This document shows positions 1 to 7,829 of a stretch of 32,000 bases of DNA, in pieces (within the stretch, counting starts at the first letter, position 1; each line of letters opens with the position of its first letter). Origin of the DNA: Telmatocola sphagniphila (GTDB lineage Bacteria > Planctomycetota > Planctomycetia > Gemmatales > Gemmataceae); NCBI RefSeq assembly GCF_018398935.1, contig NZ_CP074694.1:6180001-6212000 (forward strand), in the 5' to 3' direction. Below the pieces are notes generated by a model. It did not search any database, was not told the origin of the DNA, and saw only the letters and a program-made list of their open reading frames with translations. Position numbers and translations under genes: made by a program.

Positions 1-58
1 TCGTGTTGCCGCCATTCTCATACATGGCCGAGATCATAATTAGCTTGAAAGGTGTCAT
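1..58 (-). CDS. partial CDS of unknown product; only the N-terminus is visible and the gene continues past the left edge
   Basis: An ATG (reverse complement of 56-58) opens a frame reading MTPFKLIMISAMYENGGNT with no stop before position 1. It lies 61 nt downstream of the epimerase stop on the same strand. It is too short to classify. Confidence 0.3.
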   Translation of the reverse strand, partial: MTPFKLIMISAMYENGGNT

Positions 59-119
59 CCCTTTAAGTCCTTCCGTTTCTTGAAAATATCCCGTGTCGGG
101 CAATCGGTTCTTTTGCGTA

Positions 120-1070
120 TCAAGCCGCTTTTTTTAAATCGCGTTGCTGGTACCATTTCCACATTTCGCGAACGCCGCTTTGGAGAGTGTGTTTGGGTTT
201 CCAGCCGGTTTTTTCAAAGGTTTCGCGCACATCCGCCACCCAGCAGGTCGGTTCATCGGGTCGTAATTCGATCGCCCCGTATTCCGGAAGAATCCGATTC
301 TGGGTACAGACCGAGACGATTGTCTCGATCATATCGCGAACGGTCGACTGCGCGCCAGTCCCCGCATGCCAGATACCGCGACGCAACTCGGGTGTCGCGG
401 CCACATGCTGAAGCAGAGCTGTTACGTCTCCGACATAGATGAAATCGCGCGGCTGCTGACCGGCGGAAACTTTGGGTCGAATTCCGCGAGCGCACATCTC
501 CATAACGTAAGGAACCAATCGGGAAGGTTCTTCCCACGGTCCATAGGCGGCGAATACCCGAACGGTTGAGAATGGGCGGTTTTTGAACGCCTCGGCCTGA
601 CAAAGTAAAGTCGCGGCTGCTTTGGAAACCCCGTAGTCGGAGCGGGGATCGAGCCGATCTGCCGTCTGCATGGCCGAAGTTTTATGCCCGTATTCGGAAC
701 TGCTGCCGGTATGCACAAAAGCCTGGAAATCGTGGCCGTGCAAAGCATCGATGAGATTAGCCGTGCCGAGGAGATTGGTCGCCAAGATCTCCGTTCGGTT
801 GTTCTGCGACGGGTAAGCGCCGTGGGTGCCCAGGTGATAAATCACTTGGGGTCGAATCTGTTCGATCAGTCGTTTGGTAGCTTCGGTATCGCAAAGATTG
901 GCGAAATGGGGAGTGAATCGACCGGCAATATCGGCCAGCCGCCAAGTCTGATATTCGGGACGCAGCAGAAGGTGTACGTCGCAGCCCGCTTCAATCAGTT
1001 CGTGCGCCAGGAAGGCGCCAATGAAGCCGCTGCCTCCTGTAATCAATACTGGTTCACGCGGACTGGTCAT
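120..1070 (-). CDS. NAD-dependent epimerase/dehydratase (extended SDR family)
   Basis: Rossmann motif VLITGGSGFIGAFLAHELIEAG near the N-terminus and catalytic YxxxK (SDYGVSKAAA). I prefer the start at the internal ATG at 1070 (MTSPREPVLITGG) over the ORF-track start at 1196, whose 42-aa extension is not SDR-like. Confidence 0.85.
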   Translation of the reverse strand: MTSPREPVLITGGSGFIGAFLAHELIEAGCDVHLLLRPEYQTWRLADIAGRFTPHFANLCDTEATKRLIEQIRPQVIYHLGTHGAYPSQNNRTEILATNLLGTANLIDALHGHDFQAFVHTGSSSEYGHKTSAMQTADRLDPRSDYGVSKAAATLLCQAEAFKNRPFSTVRVFAAYGPWEEPSRLVPYVMEMCARGIRPKVSAGQQPRDFIYVGDVTALLQHVAATPELRRGIWHAGTGAQSTVRDMIETIVSVCTQNRILPEYGAIELRPDEPTCWVADVRETFEKTGWKPKHTLQSGVREMWKWYQQRDLKKAA

Positions 1071-1210
1071 CCTGACCCTTAGCTGAGCATCTGGGTGTAA
1101 ATCAATCTCCAGGCGCATCCGGCGCCTTTTCGCCGCGCTATGGTAAACTAGATTCGCTTCGGCAAGCAAGAGGAGTTTCCAGGAACTGGATATCAATCAG
1201 GCTATTCCTA

Positions 1211-1241
1211 TTGACCGTTTCGATGACTTTGTTCCTATAAT
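1211..1241 (+). promoter_or_regulatory. sigma70-like promoter candidate (TTGACC-N19-TATAAT) that would give a leaderless mRNA
   Basis: TTGACC at 1211-1216 and TATAAT at 1236-1241. The ATG of the HAD gene at 1248 lies 6 nt after the -10 hexamer, at the expected transcription start. The 19-nt spacer is longer than the canonical 17. Confidence 0.35.
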
Positions 1242-1247
1242 CGAGAC

Positions 1248-1928
1248 ATGCATGTACTTCTTTTCGATATTGATGGCACCTTAATTCGTTCGGGCGGGGC
1301 CGGTAAAGCGGCCATGGAAGGGGGTCTCACAAAGGCCTTCGGCATTACCGAAATCCAGGACGTAGTACCCTACGGTGGCCGAACCGATGAAGCCATCGTT
1401 CGCGATTTGCTCCGCGTACACGGCATCGAAGTGACGCCCGAGAACATCGTTAAATTACAACAGGCCTATCAGAACGCTCTTCAGGAAACCCTCCATTCGC
1501 AGCGTGGCGAGGTTTGCCGGGGCATTCTGGAATTGATGCCGCGACTAACTTCCTCGAATACCGTAACTCTGGGTTTGTTAACGGGCAATGTCCGTTCCGG
1601 AGCCGAGCGAAAACTATTGCATTACAATCTCTGGCACTATTTTCCTTTCGGCGGCTTTGCGGATGATACCCACGATCGTTCTGAAGTGGCCCGCCGGGCA
1701 GTCCGGGAAGCTGAAAAACATTTGGGCCGGGAAGTTGAGCGAAACCGGGTCTGGGTGATCGGCGATACGCCGCACGACGTGAAATGTGCTCGCGATGTCA
1801 ATGCCCGCGCTGTGGCCGTGGGAACCGGTTGGCACAGCATGGAGGAATTGGCTGCTTCCAACCCCGATTTTCTCGTCGAAGATCTTTCTCAGGCGACCGA
1901 ATTGCTGCGAGCCTGGGGCATTCACTAA
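1248..1928 (+). CDS. HAD-superfamily hydrolase (phosphoglycolate-phosphatase-like)
   Basis: HAD motif I FDIDGTL at the N-terminus (MHVLLFDIDGTLIRSGG) and a late GDTPHDV motif (motif IV-like). Length 226 aa. Confidence 0.8.
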   Translation: MHVLLFDIDGTLIRSGGAGKAAMEGGLTKAFGITEIQDVVPYGGRTDEAIVRDLLRVHGIEVTPENIVKLQQAYQNALQETLHSQRGEVCRGILELMPRLTSSNTVTLGLLTGNVRSGAERKLLHYNLWHYFPFGGFADDTHDRSEVARRAVREAEKHLGREVERNRVWVIGDTPHDVKCARDVNARAVAVGTGWHSMEELAASNPDFLVEDLSQATELLRAWGIH

Positions 1929-1932
1929 TACG

Positions 1933-3477
1933 TCAGGAAACCTGCACGCCGCGTACCCAATCCGATTGGACGGCGATCTCCTCTTCCGACAAACCGCTCG
2001 TGCGATGCAGCGTGGCTTGAGCCACTTTTCCCTTGGTCATATCCAGAGCCGCCACTTCGACGATGCCGTTGGGTTGCAGGGTGCAGCGTACTTGGATCGG
2101 CGAATTCTTCGGCAAATTACGCGATAATCCGGTAATCCAGCATTCACCGATGGAAATGCAGGCCTCTGCCTGATGCGCTTCTCCTTGGAGAACTCGCACT
2201 CGAACTTTGTTCTGTCCTTCCTTGGCCGTGCGATAGATTCGGGAGGCGCTGGCGGGAAGCTGACTGTTCTTGGGAATCAGAATGTCATTGATCTTTTCGG
2301 TTTCATTACCCCGCTTCGCCCGCACTTGAATTCCCAAACTGTGGGAATTCACAGAAACTTCAACTACGTCCTCCAAGTCCGAAATAACTTCCGAACTTAG
2401 CGATTCATCAGCGTTTGAACTGCGAGCCATTTTGATGCCGGCGTGCAGGGCGGCCCCCCGTGCGACCACTTCCGACACGGCCAGAGAATTGTCCGGTTTC
2501 CGTCCCGTAAGTTCCTCGAGCATCAGCGAAGTCATCGGCATATGCGTCGAACCGCCGACGAGCAGGATGCGATCGACTTTATCCCAGCTCAGGCTGGCTT
2601 GTTTCAAGACCTGCTGCGTGGTTAAACGGGTGCGCACCAGCAAATCCTTGGTGCGCAGTTCGAACTCGGCCCGGCTGATCGGCACGCTGAGTTTCTCACC
2701 GGCATGACTGATCGTGATGCCCGCTTCGTCGAGCTTGCTGAGGGTGCGTTTAGCCCGCTCGGCGGCCGCTTGCAACATTACGAGCGACTGCGGATCATCC
2801 CGCGGATCGTCGTGATACTTGCGTTGGAACAGATCGGCGACGTAGTTCACGAGTCGGTCGTCGAAGTCTTTACCCCCTAGACGAACATCCCCTTCAATAG
2901 CGAGCACTTGAAACCTTTTGGGGGAAAGCCGGACAATGGATACGTCGAAAGTGCCGCCGCCCAAATCGTAGACGAGTACGGTCTGCGATTTCGCGTTATT
3001 CAGGTGCTGGAAGGAATAAGCCAGGGCCGCCGCCGTGGGCTCATCGAGTATGTCGATGACATTCAGTCCGGCAATCCGGCCGGCATCCTGGGTGGCTTTG
3101 CGGCGTGTGTCATCGAAGTAGGCAGGCACGGTGATGACCACGCCTTCGATCTTTCCCAATCGCTTCTCGGCATCCTGGACCAGTTTACGCAAGATCAGAG
3201 CCGATAGGGGTTCCGGTCGTAAGAGTTGACCATCGACTTCGCCATACTCGGAGTGGCCCATCCGCCGTTTGATCAGGGTGGCGACATTGGCAGGCTGTTC
3301 GTGCTGAACATCGATGGCCGGTTGGCCGATAACCGCTCGATTTCCTTTCAGGAAAACCGCAGACGGTGTGAGCATTTCGCCATCGGAATTAGGCAAGGTG
3401 ATGGGTTGGCCGCGCTCGTCCAGAGTGGCGATCGCGGAATACGTTGTACCAAGGTCTATACCGACAACCCGGGCCAT
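1933..3477 (-). CDS. Hsp70-family protein, short non-canonical paralogue (nucleotide-binding domain plus beta substrate domain, no helical lid)
   Basis: Hsp70 signatures GIDLGTTYSAIA, VITVPAYFDDTRRKATQDAG, DEPTAAALAY, VYDLGGGTFDVSIV and ILLVGGSTHMP. It is only 514 aa and ends shortly after a beta-sandwich-like region, with no C-terminal lid or EEVD-type tail. Confidence 0.85.
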   Translation of the reverse strand: MARVVGIDLGTTYSAIATLDERGQPITLPNSDGEMLTPSAVFLKGNRAVIGQPAIDVQHEQPANVATLIKRRMGHSEYGEVDGQLLRPEPLSALILRKLVQDAEKRLGKIEGVVITVPAYFDDTRRKATQDAGRIAGLNVIDILDEPTAAALAYSFQHLNNAKSQTVLVYDLGGGTFDVSIVRLSPKRFQVLAIEGDVRLGGKDFDDRLVNYVADLFQRKYHDDPRDDPQSLVMLQAAAERAKRTLSKLDEAGITISHAGEKLSVPISRAEFELRTKDLLVRTRLTTQQVLKQASLSWDKVDRILLVGGSTHMPMTSLMLEELTGRKPDNSLAVSEVVARGAALHAGIKMARSSNADESLSSEVISDLEDVVEVSVNSHSLGIQVRAKRGNETEKINDILIPKNSQLPASASRIYRTAKEGQNKVRVRVLQGEAHQAEACISIGECWITGLSRNLPKNSPIQVRCTLQPNGIVEVAALDMTKGKVAQATLHRTSGLSEEEIAVQSDWVRGVQVS

Positions 3478-3501
3478 GATATGTGCTGAAAAACCGGGAG
3501 G

Positions 3502-3531
3502 AAAAAAGGCGACAGTCCGGAGGCTGTCGCC
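3502..3531 (-). terminator. intrinsic terminator downstream of rplC
   Basis: The minus-strand RNA reads GGCGACAG-CCUCCGGA-CUGUCGCC, an 8-bp perfect stem (3508-3515 with 3524-3531) and an 8-nt loop, followed directly by UUUUUUCCUCCCGGUUUUU. The hairpin starts 10 nt after the rplC stop codon. Confidence 0.8.
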
Positions 3532-3541
3532 GAAGCTTGAA

Positions 3542-4243
3542 TTAGCCCTTCTTGTTCGTCGGCCGGACGACGACCACGGCTCCCTTGTAGCCAGGGACGG
3601 CGCCTTCGACGAGCAGAAGATTATTTTCGGTGTCGATGGAAACCACTCTCAGATTTCGAATGGTCACGCGAGAAGCCCCGTAACGGCCGGGCATCTTCTT
3701 GCCCTTCTTGGGTCGACCGCTACCTCGGTTACTCGCCAGCGACGCGGTGGAACCGGGCTGACGGTGAACCTTCTTGGCACCGTGAGCGGCGGGCAAGCCA
3801 CCGAAGTTCCAGCGCTTCATTACACCGGCGGTACCGCGCCCCTTGCTGGTGCCCACGACATCGACGGACTTGATATCTTTGAAAACGCCTTCGACCGTCA
3901 GCTTGTCGCCCACGGCCACCGAGGCGGCGGCATCCAGACGGAATTCGCGGATGTGGCGTTGTGGTTCGACATCGGCTTTCTTGGGTATCTCAGCTGCCGG
4001 TCGGCTCTTGCGTCGCTTGGATTCCAAGGCGTTCGAAACGTGACCGCGTTCGGCGCGGGTCGCTTTGCTACGCGGCTTGTCGCCGAATCCAACCTGCACG
4101 GCGTCATAACCATCACGTTTGACGTCGCGAACCTGCAGAACCGGGCAGGGGCCCAATTGCAGGATGGTTACCGGCGTGACCTGGCCTTCGGCATTGAAAA
4201 CCTGGGTCATTCCCACTTTCGTTCCAACTAGTCCCAATGGCAT
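3542..4243 (-). CDS. rplC: 50S ribosomal protein L3
   Basis: The protein from the ATG at 4243 begins MPLGLVGTKVGMTQVF and contains VDVVGTSKGRGTAGVMKRWNF and NLLLVEGAVPG, all classic L3 blocks. The 17-aa upstream extension in the ORF track is rejected. Confidence 0.92.
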   Translation of the reverse strand: MPLGLVGTKVGMTQVFNAEGQVTPVTILQLGPCPVLQVRDVKRDGYDAVQVGFGDKPRSKATRAERGHVSNALESKRRKSRPAAEIPKKADVEPQRHIREFRLDAAASVAVGDKLTVEGVFKDIKSVDVVGTSKGRGTAGVMKRWNFGGLPAAHGAKKVHRQPGSTASLASNRGSGRPKKGKKMPGRYGASRVTIRNLRVVSIDTENNLLLVEGAVPGYKGAVVVVRPTNKKG

Positions 4244-4316
4244 GATATGCCTCTCGTAAGCGTACCTAGGGTGGTACGACACCTTGGTCCCCACATACGG
4301 TGGGCGGGGGACGTGT

Positions 4317-4340
4317 GAATTTTAGGAAATGGAATTTTAG
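4317..4340 (-). promoter_or_regulatory. tandem 9-bp direct repeat (CTAAAATTC x2 on the minus strand) carrying two -10-like TAAAAT hexamers upstream of rplC
   Basis: GAATTTTAG occurs at 4317-4325 and 4332-4340 on the plus strand. On the minus strand the upstream copy reads TGcTAAAAT, an extended -10 pattern. It lies about 70-85 nt upstream of the rplC ATG. Confidence 0.3.
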
Positions 4341-4502
4341 CACCCTCAACCAAAACGGCTAGAGGTTTTTGTTGCAAGAGTGAAAAGCGAGAGCCACGTG
4401 GGGGATGGCTCCGTTTCGGATTTTGTCAGGAGCATGCATGCAACCCGACTTGCTTATAACAAAAAGAAGATCAATCGGGACCTGAAAAATGAAGTGGGCC
4501 TT

Positions 4503-5420
4503 ATGAACATCACACGCAAGAAATTATGGATTCCAGGACTGTTGGTTTTGCTGCTGGGTGTCTTGGCTTTTGTGATGTTAACCGGTAAAAGCGACATCGA
4601 ACGGATTCGTTCTCTGGGAGGAGTCATCGAGTTCAAAGATTTGAACCCTTCCCTGCAGGTTGTGGGAGTCTTTCTGGCGGAGAAGGAGATCGGGGACGAT
4701 GATTTACGGTACATTCAAAATTTCCCCGAACTGCAAATGCTGAAACTGCCAGGTACGGCCATAAGCGATGCCGGGCTGCCGATGCTGCAAAAATTCTCGG
4801 AATTGAACGAACTGGTATTAAATGGTACCCGCATCAGCGACGATGGTTTGGAACGACTGGCGAGTCTCTCCAATCTCAGCAAGCTTAGATTGCAGCGGAC
4901 GAAGATCACCGGCCAGAAGCTTTCGGTGCTGGAACCGCTCAAGAAGCTTAAAGAGTTGGATATTTCCTTTACTCCGGTCAACGACGCGGGACTAGCTCAG
5001 CTGCGGAATTTCAAACAGCTCGAAGTTCTCTTGTTGAATTCGAATAAGAACATCACGGATGAAGGGCTTTCGAATCTCGCCGGCCTCAATAAGGTTCGCA
5101 TGCTCGGCCTATCCGACATGAACATTTCCGATCAAGGGTTGGCCAATATCCGCGGCATGAGCGGGTTAAAAATCCTCTTTTTGAACAGTGCCCGTCTGAC
5201 CGACTCCGGGCTCGATGCCTTGCGTTCCTTTCCCGATATGGAAATTCTGTATCTGAACAGGACAAAGGTGAGCGACAAGTGTTTTACAGTACTACAGGAT
5301 CTGAAGCGGCTCAAGTGGATCGAACTGGTTGAGACGCGTGTAACAGAGGAAGCGGCCGCAAAATTTTATGCAAGCCATCCCCATATTCACATTCAACTGG
5401 ACGAGGGGCGCGGCGATTGA
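4503..5420 (+). CDS. membrane-anchored leucine-rich-repeat protein (RNI-like LRRs)
   Basis: From the ATG at 4503 the protein starts MNITRKKLWIPGLLVLLLGVLAFVML, an N-terminal TM anchor or signal. About 10 repeats of 24-25 aa follow, of the form LxxLxLxxTxIsDxGLxxLxxL. The 41-aa upstream extension from a GTG start is rejected. Confidence 0.8.
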   Translation: MNITRKKLWIPGLLVLLLGVLAFVMLTGKSDIERIRSLGGVIEFKDLNPSLQVVGVFLAEKEIGDDDLRYIQNFPELQMLKLPGTAISDAGLPMLQKFSELNELVLNGTRISDDGLERLASLSNLSKLRLQRTKITGQKLSVLEPLKKLKELDISFTPVNDAGLAQLRNFKQLEVLLLNSNKNITDEGLSNLAGLNKVRMLGLSDMNISDQGLANIRGMSGLKILFLNSARLTDSGLDALRSFPDMEILYLNRTKVSDKCFTVLQDLKRLKWIELVETRVTEEAAAKFYASHPHIHIQLDEGRGD

Positions 5421-5441
5421 AGTGGCCGTACACACCTCGAT

Positions 5442-6062
5442 TCAATCGATAATGCGCACCCTCAAACAGGGCGAATCCTTCGGACAAATGGCTATTCCCA
5501 GATGGTAGACGATTTCGGGATGGGTCACGGTGCCTTCATTGTCGTGCCAGCGTAGCAACATATCTTCCTGATGGATGGCCGCATAAGCGGGGTTCGGGAG
5601 TTCGGGAACGCGCGATTGCGAATCGGGATCCATGAAGTAGAGATAGCCCTCCGAATCGTAGCCGACGCCGACGACGTAGTGCCCGCTATCGTTTTGATTC
5701 AACGAGTAACTGCCGACATGAGGTGAATAGGCTTGAATCGAACAAATCACCGGCACGCCACGGTTGAGCCAACTTTTCAATCGTCCGAGACTCATACCCA
5801 CTTGAACTTCGACCTGAAGATCGAGCTGACGGGCACAGGCGACAATTTTTCGATAATCGGTCCCTTCCTCCGGAGTGGTTCCCAGCAGGGTTTCGAAAGC
5901 TTGGATATCGTGCGGGCCGCGATGGTAATAACTGGCGATCGCCATGAGAGCGGCCGCGCCGCAGGAATAACCGTTGGGTTGCTGGATATCCGGTAAGGGG
6001 ATTTTGATCGCGCCCTCGGGCACGAGTCGAGTCTGGAATTCTTCCGGATAGCCATCCGCCAT
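5442..6062 (-). CDS. papain-fold cysteine peptidase, C39-like family, stand-alone
   Basis: QQPNGYSCGAAALMAIASYY is the catalytic-Cys context typical of C39-like domains, and a downstream SGHYVVGVGYD supplies the candidate His. Length 206 aa, with no signal peptide and no fused ABC transporter. Confidence 0.6.
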   Translation of the reverse strand: MADGYPEEFQTRLVPEGAIKIPLPDIQQPNGYSCGAAALMAIASYYHRGPHDIQAFETLLGTTPEEGTDYRKIVACARQLDLQVEVQVGMSLGRLKSWLNRGVPVICSIQAYSPHVGSYSLNQNDSGHYVVGVGYDSEGYLYFMDPDSQSRVPELPNPAYAAIHQEDMLLRWHDNEGTVTHPEIVYHLGIAICPKDSPCLRVRIID

Positions 6063-6178
6063 GACGCCTTTCTCCCGGGCATTAACGTTTTAGGGTTTTG
6101 ACCAGCAGAGAGGAATTGCCCGTATCGTGGGGAGTTTAGAGAAAACGATCTCCGCCAGGAGAAAAAAGGAGAATCGGC

Positions 6179-7684
6179 TTAGGGAAGAGGCACATTCCGG
6201 AGTTCGAAGGGAACTTTGGTGGTCGCGACCTTCCGGCCCGAAAGCACGATCTGTTTCAATTCCTGTTCGCCATCGGGTAAAACGGTAAGCAGCAGATCGC
6301 TTTGAAGACTCATGCCGTTGCCGTTCTGCATGAAGTTTTGACCGACAATATTCTGGGCAGTCCGCCGGAACGGTTTCCCGTTCTGATCGAGGAAAGTAAT
6401 TTTCGGAAGTCCGTTAGTGGACGAAAAATCGTAGCCGCCAATGGCACTGTCTGGACCGGCGTTCGCTGCGTTCCAGCCCAGAAATTCCGTCGCGTTGGTG
6501 CATTCGTAATTGCAGCGAATAGTCCAGCTCCCTTTTTTGTCCTTCACCGCTTCGGTAATCCGGAAGGAGAAGCCGCTGCCGCGCGACGGGGTTTCACTCA
6601 ACTTGGAAAGATCACTGAAACTCATGATCGGAGCTTCCGGCTGGACGACGACCGCATGCAAAATTCCCCGCAAAATTTTCAATTCCGAACTGCGGCTTTT
6701 GCCCATGCGAAGCGAAATGCCCTTCTGATTCAGAGGAAGAGTCGTCATATCCAAATCGGAGATCGTGTTATTGAAAATGATGTTTCCGCCTCCGAAACCA
6801 CCGCCAAACGCAACGATTTGCCCCGGTTGGCCGAGCGTATCCTGGGAGGGATCGCTGTAGGCATCGAGCTTCTGCTTGAGTTGTTGCCCTTTTTCATCCT
6901 CGGCATACAGGACATCGATACCCAGGATGGTGCGCATGCCGACCGAAGGCAGGGCATGCGCTTCCACGCCCAGATTAATCACATCATCTCCCAGGGATTT
7001 CTTGTAGAGAGGGCTTGAAGTCGGTAGGGCTTGTATCCGGAAACTGGTTCGTAGATCGCTGACCGCCTCGCGCTTGCCATCGGCTAGCAAAATAGCCTGA
7101 ATATTCGGCTGCATGCCGCTGGCACCGAAGCGAACCGTTCGGGTGCCGGAATAGAACATTCCGTTCGGATTAGTCGGCGTCGAGGCGGCTCTCGAATCGG
7201 TCAGTCCGGCGACGATCAGAAATTTTTCCACGGCCTCCCAGACCGGCAATTCCTGGGTGTCCAGCGTGATCGAGCGAACTTTCGCCGTACTGCGCTGGTC
7301 GTTCACTTCGAGATGCAGACCGGTTTTACTGTTCACGATGCCGATAGCATCGACGAGTGGCGTGCTGGCGAATTGAAACCGAACTTTGGGGGATTCAATC
7401 AGCTTGGCGTTGGCGGCCTGATCGCGGATAACGCCGATGAGAATTTGTGCGCGGCTTTGCCCCTCGGCATCCAGGCGGGACAGATTTTCGTTCAAAGCGG
7501 GCAATACCTCGGCCCCTCGAGCCAGCAGTTTCTGCATCGCCTGCTCGCGGAGTCGAAATTTAGGACTTTCCAGATCCTGGATGAGTTTGAGGTCGGAAGT
7601 ATTGGTGGGAGCTTGCTGAGCCAATCCGGGCGAATATGCGGTCAACAGGCACAGGCAGCCGAAAAGGAGACGGCTCTGCTTCAT
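6179..7684 (-). CDS. secreted protein of unknown function
   Basis: Signal peptide MKQSRLLFGCLCLLTAYSPGLAQQ, then a HEAT-like helix pair (FRLREQAMQKLLARGAEVLPAL). The rest shows no motif I recognise. It is a long uninterrupted ORF of 501 aa. Confidence 0.6.
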   Translation of the reverse strand: MKQSRLLFGCLCLLTAYSPGLAQQAPTNTSDLKLIQDLESPKFRLREQAMQKLLARGAEVLPALNENLSRLDAEGQSRAQILIGVIRDQAANAKLIESPKVRFQFASTPLVDAIGIVNSKTGLHLEVNDQRSTAKVRSITLDTQELPVWEAVEKFLIVAGLTDSRAASTPTNPNGMFYSGTRTVRFGASGMQPNIQAILLADGKREAVSDLRTSFRIQALPTSSPLYKKSLGDDVINLGVEAHALPSVGMRTILGIDVLYAEDEKGQQLKQKLDAYSDPSQDTLGQPGQIVAFGGGFGGGNIIFNNTISDLDMTTLPLNQKGISLRMGKSRSSELKILRGILHAVVVQPEAPIMSFSDLSKLSETPSRGSGFSFRITEAVKDKKGSWTIRCNYECTNATEFLGWNAANAGPDSAIGGYDFSSTNGLPKITFLDQNGKPFRRTAQNIVGQNFMQNGNGMSLQSDLLLTVLPDGEQELKQIVLSGRKVATTKVPFELRNVPLP

Positions 7685-7829
7685 GGTGCGATCTCAAAGG
7701 GTGCGTCTGAGTGGGTCAACTAATGTGAAGATAACGGACCCTTCCGGATTATGCCAGAAAAAACACCCCCGAGAGACCAACCTGTTACAAGGACGACGAA
7801 GACCTTTCCGATTGAAGAAACTGGTGGAT

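Noticed and set aside
3314-4231. 305-aa plus-strand ORF across the hsp70 5' end and rplC
   Set aside because: It is antisense to two confidently identified genes (Hsp70 and L3 motifs on the minus strand). It has an Ala/Gly/Arg-rich composition typical of antisense frames in GC-rich coding DNA.
4337-4363. CIRCE-like half site TTAGCACCC in the rplC/LRR divergent region
   Set aside because: It matches 8 of 9 positions of the left CIRCE arm (TTAGCACTC). The sequence 9 nt downstream matches the right arm (GAGTGCTAA) at only about 2 of 9 positions, so there is no inverted repeat and it is not an HrcA operator.
6141-6162. Possible weak terminator after the 501-aa secreted-protein gene (UCUCC-uggc-GGAGA followed by UCGUUUUCUC on the minus strand)
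   Set aside because: The stem is only 5 bp and the U-run is interrupted. This is too marginal to report as a feature.
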